Made by a program: the position numbers and the translations under genes. The notes beneath the pieces were generated by a model. It worked only from the letters and a program-made list of their open reading frames with translations, ran no database searches and was not told the DNA's origin. Positions 1 to 9,592 of a DNA stretch of 64,000 bases are shown here, in pieces. This DNA comes from Nitrospinales bacterium. GTDB taxonomy: Bacteria; Nitrospinota; Nitrospinia; Nitrospinales; VA-1. The stretch is from contig CBDCWG010000012.1 of assembly GCA_965223345.1 (NCBI GenBank), positions 3,008,001 to 3,072,000 of the forward strand, in the 5' to 3' direction. Within the stretch, counting starts at the first letter, position 1; each line of letters starts with the position of its first letter.

Positions 1-219
1 ATGATCGGTGAGGGCGTTACGCGCGATCTGGAACAGCCAGCTTTGCAGCTTGCCGCTATCCTGCAACTGCGACAGGTTGCTGTGGACCTTGATCAAGATT
101 TCCTGCGCCAGGTCGTCGGCGTCTTCCGGGCGCGACACGCGGGCGCGCAGAAAGCGGCGCAGCCGTTCGCCGTAGTCGTTCCAGATGGTTTCGAGAGGCA
201 CCGGTTGCGGTTTCATCAT
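1..219 (-). CDS. ECF RNA polymerase sigma factor, SigZ-like (5' part only; runs off the window start)
   Basis: Manual translation of the minus strand from ATG 219: MMKPQPVPLETIWNDYGERLRRFLRARVSRPEDADDLAQEILIKVHSNLSQLQDSGKLQSWLFQIARNALTDH, a typical sigma70 region 2 (DADDLxQE...SWLFQIARN). The + ORF 1..228 is its shadow. Confidence 0.85.
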   Translation of the reverse strand, partial: MMKPQPVPLETIWNDYGERLRRFLRARVSRPEDADDLAQEILIKVHSNLSQLQDSGKLQSWLFQIARNALTDH

Positions 220-269
220 CGCCTGTAAAAAGGACGTTTCGATTCTATTGCGTCAATCATTATACCAAT

Positions 270-350
270 GTCATGCCGAGTTCTTCGATAAACTCAGGAC
301 AGGCGCTGTCGAAGCATGACGGTGCCCCCTTCGACGAGCTCAGGGTGAGA
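270..350. repeat. REP-like extragenic palindromic element
   Basis: GTCATGC(270-276)/GCATGAC(314-320) inverted ends; two related units CTTCGATAAACTCAGG and CTTCGACGAGCTCAGG; internal TGTCGAAG complementary to CTTCGAC. Intergenic. Confidence 0.55.
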
Positions 351-379
351 GTTTGACGGTTTTTGTCGGGAGAGCGCGA

Positions 380-2302
380 CTAAAAATAGAAATTGACGGA
401 CAGGATGCCTTCGTCGTTTTCGTCGTGGCGGTTGTATTCGAGGCGCACGTCGAGGTTCTGCGAGAGGGAGTAGCGCTGGGCGAAGGTGGCGGTGAACAGG
501 TTCTTTTCCTCCCCGAGGAAGTAGTTTTTGTAGCCTCCGGCGACCTGCACCTTCCAGTTCTCGGTGAGATCGACATAGGCACCCGCTTCGAGCGCGCCGC
601 CGATGCGGTAGCCGTCGTCCAGCCGGCTGGAAAAATCCGAATCGGCGTCGGCGAACGCGTAAAACAGAAACGGCGAGAAAAAGCGCGGCCGGAAGGAAAC
701 ACCGACGCCGAAGTTGCCGCGGAAGGAATTGCACTGGTTGCATTCCAAATCGCGCAGCGAATCCACGCCGACGCTCATCCGCCAGGAGGGTTTGGGAAAC
801 AGCGGATCGATCGGCGTCAGGGAAGTGATCGCCAGGATCGTGGCGCGGTCCACTTTCAGGCGATCGCTTTCGTTGTAATAGCGAAAATTGAAATCCAGCA
901 CGCGGATCTCGGAATCCTTGTCGTAGCCGGTGGCGTTGGCCAGCAGGTCGTGGTAGGCGGGCCGGTAGGAAATCTCCTGAAACGGTTCGTCGTCGTTGTG
1001 CCCGACGCCGAACCGCAGCCGGTCGGTGCCGTGCCCCCAGTCAGGACGTGACGAGAAACGGATCGGCTCCTCCTCCGGGCTCTGGTGGTTGAGGCGGCTG
1101 CGCGCCAGCAGCACCGAACGGGGGATGCGGACGCTGCCGTTTTCCATCTCGTTGTCCTGCATGCCCTTGTACTGCAAATAATCCAGATAGCCATCGAGGA
1201 TGCGGGCGCGCGATTCCACCGGGCGGCTTGTGAATTCCTGCGACTCGATGAGGTCGGGATCGCGGATGATGCCACGGAACAGCGTCCGTTCTTCGCCGCT
1301 CATGCGGACGCGCTTGTGGTTCATCTTGTTGAGCACCGCGGGCCGGTAGACGACTTTTTTCACCAGCCCCTTCTGCTCGGCCAGCACCTTGACCGTGTCG
1401 GTGGGAATGACGGAAAAGAAGAACGCATCCCGCAGGTGCAGGCTGGGATCGGCGACCTCCAGCAGGGACAGGATGTGGTAGGAACAGTTCTCCTGAAAAT
1501 AGTAGTACTCGAAAAAGGTACCGCCCAGTTCCCACAGATGCAGGAGCAGCATCTCCAGTTGTTCTTCGTTGAAGTTCAGCTCGTACTCCCACAGGTCGCG
1601 GCTCTCCCAGTTGTTGTACTCCTGCACTTTCACGTAGTAGGGAAAGATCGCGAAATGCCCCTCGAACAGGCCCACCAGCCCCTTGAGCGCGTACAGCACC
1701 GCGTTGTCGGTGTCCGGCCTCGCGGCGTAGTTGGCGCCGTAGTTCAAAAGCTTCTGCTTCTCTCCCTTGCTCTTGCTGTCGATGCGCAGCAGCGTGTGGC
1801 CGAACATGGAGGCGGGATTGTTGAAAAAATGCGACGCGAACACCACCGTCACGCGGTCGGGCTCCAGCGTGGCAAGCCAGCGGTTGAGCCGGTCGCAGGG
1901 CTGCACGGCCAGCCGCGCGAGGTCGAAGTCCAGCTCCTTGCTGAGCCATTTGAACCGGGCGGCGAAATTGCACTGCGGGTGTTCTTTTTTTAAAGGGAGG
2001 TCCTTGGGGTCGGTGAAAAAACTTCGGAGCGTGGCGTGCAGTTCGGCCTGCGGGTCGGTCTTGCCCTGCGGCGCGTTGAAATAATCCATGCCGTCCGCTT
2101 CACTCTCATAACCGCCCCAGAGGGTTTTACGGTACTTGAGCAGCAGGTGCCACATGCGCGACTCGTGCAGGGATTTTTGATCGGCGCGGCGTACCAGTTC
2201 CTGCCAGTAAGGGTTTGCGGGCGGCGTCTCGGCGGAAAAACCCCGTGTGGGCAAAGCCCAGAGCAGGATCAACAGGAGGCAGGCGAAGCGGAAAGAAACC
2301 AC
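380..2302 (-). CDS. DUF4105/Lnb_N-domain outer-membrane protein (signal peptide, Cys-His catalytic domain, C-terminal beta-barrel)
   Basis: 640 aa; signal peptide; CNFAARFKWL, PASMFGHTLLRID and YYYFQENCS motifs; alternating beta-strand C-terminus ending NFYF. Confidence 0.8.
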   Translation of the reverse strand: MVSFRFACLLLILLWALPTRGFSAETPPANPYWQELVRRADQKSLHESRMWHLLLKYRKTLWGGYESEADGMDYFNAPQGKTDPQAELHATLRSFFTDPKDLPLKKEHPQCNFAARFKWLSKELDFDLARLAVQPCDRLNRWLATLEPDRVTVVFASHFFNNPASMFGHTLLRIDSKSKGEKQKLLNYGANYAARPDTDNAVLYALKGLVGLFEGHFAIFPYYVKVQEYNNWESRDLWEYELNFNEEQLEMLLLHLWELGGTFFEYYYFQENCSYHILSLLEVADPSLHLRDAFFFSVIPTDTVKVLAEQKGLVKKVVYRPAVLNKMNHKRVRMSGEERTLFRGIIRDPDLIESQEFTSRPVESRARILDGYLDYLQYKGMQDNEMENGSVRIPRSVLLARSRLNHQSPEEEPIRFSSRPDWGHGTDRLRFGVGHNDDEPFQEISYRPAYHDLLANATGYDKDSEIRVLDFNFRYYNESDRLKVDRATILAITSLTPIDPLFPKPSWRMSVGVDSLRDLECNQCNSFRGNFGVGVSFRPRFFSPFLFYAFADADSDFSSRLDDGYRIGGALEAGAYVDLTENWKVQVAGGYKNYFLGEEKNLFTATFAQRYSLSQNLDVRLEYNRHDENDEGILSVNFYF

Positions 2303-2316
2303 GGGAAAATGAGGGC

Positions 2317-2360
2317 AAAAAAAAATGGATACCGGTGAATCTCACCGATATCCATTTTTT
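2317..2360 (-). terminator. Rho-independent terminator after the DUF3015 gene
   Basis: ATGGATACCGGTGA/TCACCGATATCCAT stem flanked by A9 and T6 runs. Confidence 0.7.
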
Positions 2361-2373
2361 AATAACATGCAGA

Positions 2374-2877
2374 TCACTGCAACACGACGTGGCAGGACTT
2401 GGACAGTTTCGGATGGTACATGAGTTCCTCTTCGAGCATGCTCAGCATTTCGCCCGAGGTCGTGTCGTCGCTTTTAACGATGACGTCGAACTTGTCCTGC
2501 ACCAGCGCGCCAAATTCGTTGTGGGAATTGGCGTTGCAGCCATACAGGCTGGCCAGCGTGACCAGGTTTTCTCCCTCACCCATCGCCATCTCTTTCACCA
2601 AGCTGGAATAATTCTGCTCGGCGAAGATCTCGCGCTCCTTACTGAGGTTGAGGAGACCGTGATCGCCACAGTTGGAGGTGCCGGAGGTGATGCCAAAGGT
2701 CTGGGAACCGAAGGTGCCGTTGGTGGTGGCGGCGAGAATCTGCTGCCCACCGGGCTTGGCTCCGAAAGCCAGGTTACCCAGCCCGCAACCGGCGGCCCCA
2801 TAGCCTGCGGCAAACACCGACATGGGAATGGACAATGCGAATGCGGCAACTGCGGTCAAAACGAGGATTTTCTTCAT
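2374..2877 (-). CDS. DUF3015 family exported protein
   Basis: Signal peptide, then AGCGLG...ATTNGTFGSQTFGITSGTSNC...EMAMGEGENLVTLASLYGC; RBS AAGGAG. Confidence 0.85.
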   Translation of the reverse strand: MKKILVLTAVAAFALSIPMSVFAAGYGAAGCGLGNLAFGAKPGGQQILAATTNGTFGSQTFGITSGTSNCGDHGLLNLSKEREIFAEQNYSSLVKEMAMGEGENLVTLASLYGCNANSHNEFGALVQDKFDVIVKSDDTTSGEMLSMLEEELMYHPKLSKSCHVVLQ

Positions 2878-3475
2878 AAACCTTTCTCCTTTCTCTTTTC
2901 CGGCCCCACCTTGAAGGTATCCACTTTCAAGGTAAACAATGCTCAGCCCGAAATTTTTATAATGTCTCCGCCTCTAACAATTTAACCAAACTTTAAATAA
3001 TTTTGCCTATTTTAGCAAAATTAATTGCGATAAATCAACACTTTTTCGTGCTGAAATCGAGTCTATCGGACCCGGTCGTTGAGAGCTTCAGCGTAAGGGG
3101 CAAAAGGCGGCGTTGCCGGATTCGTGCCTGCCTGCTGCCAAACGGTTCATGTCCTTGTGATTTCTGCGGAGTTTTGAAATCGACGTTGAGGATGAAACAC
3201 TCCACGCATGAGGATGGACAGATGCTCACTCTACTTTAATAAATCGGACGCTATCGGGAATTCTTGAGCCCTCCGGCAATTTATCCGCAGACCGGCGCCG
3301 GGCGCACAACGGTCGGACGGCGTCTGCGCATTGAAAACTATCCCGAAAAAGCCCGGCGACGGGTCAAAAAAAATTTCCATATCGGCATACGGAGCGGGTT
3401 GTTTGCTAGACTTTCCAAATCGCTTTACAGGGAATCTGTATTTCTGAACATCAACTTGATGGGGACTCGAAAACC

Positions 3476-4654
3476 ATGAAGACCTTCCGACGGTTCGGGC
3501 GTTTCAAGCGGGCAGCGGCAGCCCTGTCGATTCTGCTCCTGACCGCAACCCCTTCGTTCGCCAGCAACCCGGAACACGAGCTGTTCAAAGCGGCGAAAGC
3601 CTATGAGGAGGCCGACTACAAAACCGCTCTGGGCATCTATGAAACGCTGGCCAATCAGGACAACGCCAAGGCGCAGTTCAACCTCGGGATCATGTACGCC
3701 AAGGGACAGGGGGTGCCCACCGATTACGAAACCGCGGTGAAGTGGTACAAAAAAGCCGCCGAACAGGGAATCACCCGCGCGCAGAGCAACCTGGGGGTCA
3801 TGTACCTCAAGGGCCGGGGCGTGCAGAAGGATTACTCCCGGGCGCTGCAATGGTTCCAGATGGCCGCGGAACAGGGCCGTCCCGCCGCGCAGTTCAACCT
3901 GGCCTCGCTGTACGCCAACGGCCAGGGGATCTCCCCGAATTACACGGAGGCGGTGTACTGGTACGAAAAATCCGCCGAGCAGGGATTCGTCACCGCCCAG
4001 ACCACGCTGGGAACGCTGTACGCCAAGGGAGAGCTGATCTCGCGCGACTTCACGAAAGCCGCGCAGTGGCTGCAGAAGGCCGCGGCGCAGGGCGATCCCA
4101 AGGCGCAGGTGAGCCTGGGTTACCTGTACGATCGCGGTGAAGGGGTGCCGCAGAGCTTCAAGGAAGCGGTGAACTGGTACGAAAAGGCCGCCCGGCAGGG
4201 GAACGCGCTGGCGCAAAGCAATCTCGGGTCCATGTACAGCAAGGGAGACGGCGTGGTGAAGGACCCCGAAAAGGCCGCGCTCTGGTTTCTCAAGGCCGCC
4301 CGGCAAGGCGACGCGCACGCGCAGTACAACCTCGGGGTCATGCTGCAGGAAGGCAAAGGCGTCAGGCGCAATCCCGGCGAGGCGATCAAATGGTACCGCA
4401 AGGCGGCGGAACAGGGCAACGCTTCCGCCCAGTACAATCTGGGCATCCTGTACAGCCTTTCAAAAGCCGTTCCCGCGGATTACATCCAGGCGCATATGTG
4501 GTACGACCTGGCGTCGCTGAAGTTTCGGTCCAGTGAGGACCGCAGTCTGGCTGCCAAGAACCGGGATATGCTGGCGAGCAAGATGACGGCCGGCCAGATC
4601 GCCGAAGCCAAAAAATTATCCAAGGACTGGAGAGCCAGGATCAAAAAGAACTGA
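3476..4654 (+). CDS. Sel1-like repeat exported protein
   Basis: Signal peptide and about nine 36-aa repeats of the form AQFNLGxMYxxGxGVxxDYxxAxxWYxKAAEQG. Confidence 0.92.
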   Translation: MKTFRRFGRFKRAAAALSILLLTATPSFASNPEHELFKAAKAYEEADYKTALGIYETLANQDNAKAQFNLGIMYAKGQGVPTDYETAVKWYKKAAEQGITRAQSNLGVMYLKGRGVQKDYSRALQWFQMAAEQGRPAAQFNLASLYANGQGISPNYTEAVYWYEKSAEQGFVTAQTTLGTLYAKGELISRDFTKAAQWLQKAAAQGDPKAQVSLGYLYDRGEGVPQSFKEAVNWYEKAARQGNALAQSNLGSMYSKGDGVVKDPEKAALWFLKAARQGDAHAQYNLGVMLQEGKGVRRNPGEAIKWYRKAAEQGNASAQYNLGILYSLSKAVPADYIQAHMWYDLASLKFRSSEDRSLAAKNRDMLASKMTAGQIAEAKKLSKDWRARIKKN

Positions 4655-4681
4655 GACGCGATCCTCCCGTTCGCGCGCAAT

Positions 4682-4711
4682 AAAAAAACCGGGCCCGAAA
4701 GCCCGGTTTTT
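4682..4711. terminator. Bidirectional Rho-independent terminator
   Basis: AAAAAAACCGGGC-CCGAAA-GCCCGGTTTTT between convergent genes. Confidence 0.85.
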
Positions 4712-4752
4712 CTTTACCTGCAAACAGTGAACAAGCAGGCGTTGTCGCACTG

Positions 4753-5178
4753 TCAGGGAAACGGGATATGCACGTCAACGCCGATATTCACTTCGCCTTC
4801 AACTTTCGGCTCCTTGTTCTGCCTGGGATATTTCCTGGAGTCGTGTTCCGGGTAATGCCCGGAGTGATCCCCGTGGTGCGTGTGAGAGGTGCTTTTGTAA
4901 GCGTGCTGGTTGCATTTCTTCGCCCATCCCGGAGGCACTTTCCCTTTTTTTGCCAATCCGGGAGGCAAATTGCAATCTGAAGGAGAAGATTGACTGTAGC
5001 GGATGTCATCCCGCCAATCCATTTTGTGCTGATCCTTTTCTTTGACCCATTCTTTGTATTCCTTTTTTTTCCATTTCCCCTTGCCGCCTTTGCCCCCTGC
5101 GAAAACAGGCCCCGCTATCAGGGAAACCAGAAAAACGCAACCCACAAGCCCCACACTCACTTTTTTAACCGTTGACAT
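4753..5178 (-). CDS. Exported His/Lys-rich protein with LPPGLAKK motif
   Basis: ATG 5178 (MSTVKK) after RBS AAGGAGGG; signal peptide; LPPGLAKKGKVPPGWAKK motif; His-rich tail. Confidence 0.7.
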   Translation of the reverse strand: MSTVKKVSVGLVGCVFLVSLIAGPVFAGGKGGKGKWKKKEYKEWVKEKDQHKMDWRDDIRYSQSSPSDCNLPPGLAKKGKVPPGWAKKCNQHAYKSTSHTHHGDHSGHYPEHDSRKYPRQNKEPKVEGEVNIGVDVHIPFP

Positions 5179-5305
5179 TGAACCCTCCTTAAATTGGTTA
5201 GAACCTCCAGAGATTCCCCTTTCCCCCAATGGTGACGCCGATCCTGAAATTCGAGTCGTCCGGCTTGCGTCTGGAATTCGTTCTCTGGAGTGAGATCAAG
5301 AATGA

Positions 5306-5321
5306 TGCAAACAGAGTGCCG
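5306..5321 (-). promoter_or_regulatory. Sigma-54 (-24/-12) promoter for the LPPGLAKK gene
   Basis: Minus strand CGGCACTCTGTTTGCA = GG-N10-GC, about 130 nt upstream of ATG 5178. Confidence 0.55.
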
Positions 5322-5514
5322 GTAGCGAGAGCTTGATTTTTCGCGAGTTAACGATCGGGAACACGCACTTTCGTTGGGATATTTACCCTTTTTCAGACAC
5401 GAAGCGTCTGCCTTGAAAGATGAGCTGTCGGAATGTTCATTTTTTCATACTACCGCGCTGCCGCAAACGCCCCCCACCGCAACGCTAACCGGCGGTTTTT
5501 CAAGGACCCGCTTT

Positions 5515-5530
5515 TGGCATAGGGCTTGCT
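5515..5530 (+). promoter_or_regulatory. Sigma-54 (-24/-12) promoter for the M48 peptidase gene
   Basis: TGGCATAGGGCTTGCT = GG-N10-GC, about 80 nt upstream of the start at 5612. Confidence 0.6.
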
Positions 5531-5611
5531 CAATCTTAAGTGATCCCAAACCCATAAAATCCGGCGTTTTCATCCTTTGCGCAGCGCCGGATCGACACCG
5601 GAAACCAGACT

Positions 5612-7486
5612 GTGGACTCAAGCACCACACAGAGACGGGAGCGATTCGAATCCCTCATCGCGGAGGCGGAAGCGCACCTCAAGGCCAACCCGGACCGGTT
5701 CCGCTTGCGGCTGGCGCTGCTCACCGGACTGGGCTACGTGTATTTCTACGGGGTCCTGTTGCTGCTGCCCGCCGTGGCGGTGGGCGGCGTGGTTTTCGCA
5801 CACCAAACCGGATCCTCCCTGCTCCTGTTCGCGGCCGTGGTGCCCGCAGGCTGGCTGTGCTTTTTCACGCTGGCGATGATCCACGCGCTGTGCAGGGAAT
5901 CCGCAACGCCAGTTGGCCACCGGGTGCGCGCCAACGAATGCCCGGCGCTTTTCGATGCCATCCGGCAGATCCGCCGGCAACTGAACGCCCCGCCCTTTCA
6001 CCGGGTTCTGCTGACACAGGGATTCAACGCTTACGTGCACGAGGCTCCGCTGCTCGGCGTGTTCGGCCAATACCGCAACACCCTGGTACTCGGCCTGCCT
6101 TTGCTGCTCAGCCTTTCGCCGCAGGATTTCCGCTCGGTGCTGGCGCACGAATTCGCGCATCTGTCCAGCGATCACTGCCGGTTCGGCTCGTGGATGCGCA
6201 GGGTGCGCACCTCCTGGATCCAGACCATGGAGGTCGTCGAGATGGCGGGTTTCTTTTCCCGATGGGTGTTCGGCAGGTTTTTCGACCGCTACGATCCCAT
6301 CCTGCGCGCCAACTTTTTCGTGTACGCGCGTCTCAACGAATATCAGGCCGATGCGATGGCCGCCCGCATCACCTCGAAGCAGTCCGTCGCGCAGACACTG
6401 GCGCAGGTGCAGGTGCACGAACAGCTGGTGGAAGAGAAATACTGGGATCGCGTCACTGAGCAGTGCGATGTATCCCCGGAAGTGAACCTAAGGGTGTTCA
6501 CCGAAATGCACGCATTCATCGGCTCGCAGCCGTTCAGCGATGAGGAGCGGCAGGACTGCCTGAAACGCGAACTGGAAAAAGAGACCGATCCCGTGAACAC
6601 GCACCCGGCTCTCAAGGACCGCCTGCAACCTCTGGTCAAAGACATCGCGTTGCCGGACGCCTCGCCGCACAGCGCCGCGCAGGAGTTTCTCGGCGACGCT
6701 CTTGCTTCGATCCTCGCCGCGTTCGACCGGCAGTGGGCGGAAGAGAACGAGCCAGCCTGGAAAGAGCGCCACACCTACGTGACCGGGGGCAAAGAGGCGC
6801 TCAACAAACTGGAAGAAAAACACAGAGCGGGGGAAATGACGCCTGAAGAATTGTGGGAGCTGGCGACCTGGACCGAAGAACTGAAACCGCAGACGGATCC
6901 ATTGCCGCTTTACCGCATGGCGTGGAACCGCAACCGCGACGTGCCGGAAACGGCTTTCGCGCTGGGGCGGCTGCTGCTCGCACGAAAGGACGCTTCGGGC
7001 ATCGGGTTTCTCGACTCGGTGATGCACACGCATCCGCGGCTCGCGATCCCGGCCTGCGAGCTGGCCTGCGACTACTTCCGGTCGAAAGGCGACGCAGCCG
7101 CCGTCGAGAAATACCGGCTGCGCGCCGAGGCGTTCGTGGATCTGGAGGCGCGGGCGGAAGCGGAACGGCGCGATCTGATTGCGACCGACGAATACCTGGA
7201 ACACGGGCTGCCGCAGTCCAGCCTGACAGCCATCCAACAGCAACTGGAAAACTTCGAGACGATCCGGCACGCCTGGATCTGCCGCAAAAAAGTGGACCTG
7301 TTTCCGGAGGAGCCGATCCACGTTCTGATCCTGCAGAAAAAAGGCTGGTTCACCAGCGAGGAAACGCTGAGCGAGTCGGTGATCGAAACACTGGAAATGC
7401 CGGGCGACTACTTTCTCATTTGCAGGAACGGGGAAAAACGCTCGCTCGCCCGAAAAGCGCTGAAGACCGCGGAGAAGATTTTTTGA
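5612..7486 (+). CDS. M48 family membrane zinc metallopeptidase with C-terminal helical extension
   Basis: TM segments, FNAYV, HEFAH (HExxH), NEYQAD and NTHP motifs. Confidence 0.88.
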   Translation: MDSSTTQRRERFESLIAEAEAHLKANPDRFRLRLALLTGLGYVYFYGVLLLLPAVAVGGVVFAHQTGSSLLLFAAVVPAGWLCFFTLAMIHALCRESATPVGHRVRANECPALFDAIRQIRRQLNAPPFHRVLLTQGFNAYVHEAPLLGVFGQYRNTLVLGLPLLLSLSPQDFRSVLAHEFAHLSSDHCRFGSWMRRVRTSWIQTMEVVEMAGFFSRWVFGRFFDRYDPILRANFFVYARLNEYQADAMAARITSKQSVAQTLAQVQVHEQLVEEKYWDRVTEQCDVSPEVNLRVFTEMHAFIGSQPFSDEERQDCLKRELEKETDPVNTHPALKDRLQPLVKDIALPDASPHSAAQEFLGDALASILAAFDRQWAEENEPAWKERHTYVTGGKEALNKLEEKHRAGEMTPEELWELATWTEELKPQTDPLPLYRMAWNRNRDVPETAFALGRLLLARKDASGIGFLDSVMHTHPRLAIPACELACDYFRSKGDAAAVEKYRLRAEAFVDLEARAEAERRDLIATDEYLEHGLPQSSLTAIQQQLENFETIRHAWICRKKVDLFPEEPIHVLILQKKGWFTSEETLSESVIETLEMPGDYFLICRNGEKRSLARKALKTAEKIF

Positions 7487-7501
7487 GGTTCACCGCGTTT
7501 C

Positions 7502-8191
7502 CTAACCCATCTCTTCCATCAACGCCCGCAGTTGTGGCAGCACTTCCAGGATGTCCTGTTTGCCGAGTTGTTCGGCGAGGGGTTCCGCCTCCTGCAAGAG
7601 GGCCTGCATGGCCGTTTTGTTTCCCGTAAACAGGTGCAAGGGCGCGAGGGAAAACAGCGGCTGCAGCAGCCGCAGGGGATCGTTCTGCTCGCGCGCCAGC
7701 CGGATGCGGTTTTCCAGCGTCGCCACGCCGCGCTCCAGCGCCTGCTTGAGCGGAAGGTAGTCCTGCGTTTCCTCCTGCACATTGTCCCGCGACTTCAACG
7801 CTGCGCGGAAGCCCGCGAGTCCTTCCCGCCACTGACATTTGCGCCAGTACAGGATGGCGAGCAGGGTCTGCACCCGGTACGTTCCTTCCGCATGCGGCGC
7901 ACGTTTCAGGTTTTCCAGCGCCTGCTGGAAATGCGTCATGGCTTTTTTGAGCTGCGCCATCTCCCAGTAGACCGCCCCCAGCCGCGCGTGCACGCAGGCC
8001 GCCTCTTTCGCATTCTCCGTCACGCCGCTGATTTTGAGGGCCTGGGCGATCAGGGCGGCGGCTTTGGGCAGACGCCGCACCGTCTGATAGTGCTCTCCCA
8101 GAAGCAGGAGCGTCCGGGCTTCCTGTTCGCGGTCGCTGCGCTCGCGGGCGGTTTTCAGGTTTGCTTCCAGTTCTGCGGGATTCATGCTCAT
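7502..8191 (-). CDS. Tetratricopeptide-repeat protein
   Basis: 229 aa of helical repeats (LGAVYWEMAQLKKAMTHFQQAL). Confidence 0.75.
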   Translation of the reverse strand: MSMNPAELEANLKTARERSDREQEARTLLLLGEHYQTVRRLPKAAALIAQALKISGVTENAKEAACVHARLGAVYWEMAQLKKAMTHFQQALENLKRAPHAEGTYRVQTLLAILYWRKCQWREGLAGFRAALKSRDNVQEETQDYLPLKQALERGVATLENRIRLAREQNDPLRLLQPLFSLAPLHLFTGNKTAMQALLQEAEPLAEQLGKQDILEVLPQLRALMEEMG

Positions 8192-8296
8192 GCGGGGTGC
8201 GTCCTCTCATCCCGTTTCTGTGGGAGAAGTCATTTTTTCGCCGGATGGCCTGTGCTATCCTTTGCGGAAACGATGACCCTCATTATGGAGGCATTC

Positions 8297-8614
8297 ATGC
8301 CTACGTTTCAAGAAATAGACATCCGCAGGGTAAAGGAAATGGTGGACAACAAAACCGCCAACGTGGTGGACATCCGCGATCCCGGCTCGTATCAGAGCGG
8401 CCACCTGCCGGATGCGGTGGCGGTGAACGACGGCAACGTCCAGCAATACACCGAAGCCGCCGACAAGGAAAAGCCGCTGATCGTTTACTGCTACCACGGC
8501 ATATCGAGCCAGGGTGCGGCGGCCTATTTCAAGGAGCAGGGATTCAAGGAAGTGTACAGCATGACGGGAGGGTACGAAGCCTGGCGCTCGGCCTACGCCA
8601 ACGAGGGACCCTGA
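8297..8614 (+). CDS. glpE: Thiosulfate sulfurtransferase (single-domain rhodanese)
   Basis: ATG 8297 after GGAGG; VVDIRD, GHLPDA, active site VYCYHGISSQ, GFKEVYSMTGGYEAW. Confidence 0.9.
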   Translation: MPTFQEIDIRRVKEMVDNKTANVVDIRDPGSYQSGHLPDAVAVNDGNVQQYTEAADKEKPLIVYCYHGISSQGAAAYFKEQGFKEVYSMTGGYEAWRSAYANEGP

Positions 8615-8659
8615 ACCCGGTGGGCTGTACCGCCGGGGAAGGACAGCGGCGCGGTTGGG

Positions 8660-9040
8660 TCAGGTGTGGCTCTCGAAGCGCTTTTCCAGATCCTTGGTCG
8701 AGAGCATGCCCACGATCTTTTTGTTGTGCACGACGGCGACGTGGTGGAAATTGTTTTTCTTCATCAGAATGCTCGCCTTCGTCAACGGTTCGTCCCGCTC
8801 GATGACGATGAGCTTGCGGGTCATGATGTCCTCGACGCGGAAGGATTTGGGATCGCCCTCCCCGTCCAGAACCTTGTGCCGCCAATCGTGCTTGGTGACG
8901 ATGCCGACGCATTTGCTGCCTTGCATCACCAGCAACGCGCCCACCCGGTGCTTGAACATCTCCTGCACGGCGTCGTGAGCCAGGGCGTCGGCCCCGGTGG
9001 TGATCACCGGCGCGCTCATGCAATCGCCTACCTTCTGCAT
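8660..9040 (-). CDS. CBS-domain pair protein
   Basis: VGDCMSAPVIT...VGIVT / VEDIMTRKLIVI...IVGMLS. Confidence 0.9.
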   Translation of the reverse strand: MQKVGDCMSAPVITTGADALAHDAVQEMFKHRVGALLVMQGSKCVGIVTKHDWRHKVLDGEGDPKSFRVEDIMTRKLIVIERDEPLTKASILMKKNNFHHVAVVHNKKIVGMLSTKDLEKRFESHT

Positions 9041-9169
9041 CCGTCGCCTCTTTCCATCGATTCTCCCCTGCGTTGATACGCGCGCCCGTTTTGTCGCATC
9101 GCGATTATAATCGATTTTGGCACGCAGAGGAAGCGGCGGTGCGTTCCCCCGGCTGAACCGGCGGGCCGC

Positions 9170-9592
9170 TCAATCGCAGAATTTTTCCGTCTGTTCCTCT
9201 ATGCGGTCGAGATTCGCGAGGTAGTCGCCACAGGAGAGATCCATCGGCGGCATCCTCCAGGGGTCGCGCGTGCCGTGGCGTTTGCGGTGCTCGTTCTCCC
9301 AGTCGTCCCAGCGTTCCCGGTTGTACTCGCGGCAATCTTCGTACGCCCTTTCGATCTGGTCCTTGAGCTGGTTGAGGGCGTTGCAGGTGGCGCCTCCGGA
9401 ACGGCCGCGGCGATCGAAGGTGCGCGGAACTATCCTCTCGCCGCACAATTCGAGGATCTCCGCCTTGGAAAATCCCGAATCGAGCAGCCGGGTGATCAGC
9501 TTTTCGGAGCAGTCCGCCCAGGTGGTGGCGGGCGCAAAGCCGACGATGACGAAAACGAGTCCTGCCATTGGAATGATTCTGGAAAGTTTCAT
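9170..9592 (-). CDS. Hypothetical exported Cys-containing protein
   Basis: 140 aa; signal peptide ending TWA; six Cys; SHOCT-like LLDSGFSKAEI. Confidence 0.6.
   Translation of the reverse strand: MKLSRIIPMAGLVFVIVGFAPATTWADCSEKLITRLLDSGFSKAEILELCGERIVPRTFDRRGRSGGATCNALNQLKDQIERAYEDCREYNRERWDDWENEHRKRHGTRDPWRMPPMDLSCGDYLANLDRIEEQTEKFCD

Noticed and set aside
3476..4654. Periodic DNA repeats suggesting a CRISPR or other array
   Set aside because: Explained by 36-aa Sel1 protein repeats; no CRISPR array or cas gene was seen in the window.
7532..8296. Long N-terminal extension of the rhodanese ORF
   Set aside because: Overlaps the TPR gene antisense; the real start is ATG 8297 with a GGAGG RBS.
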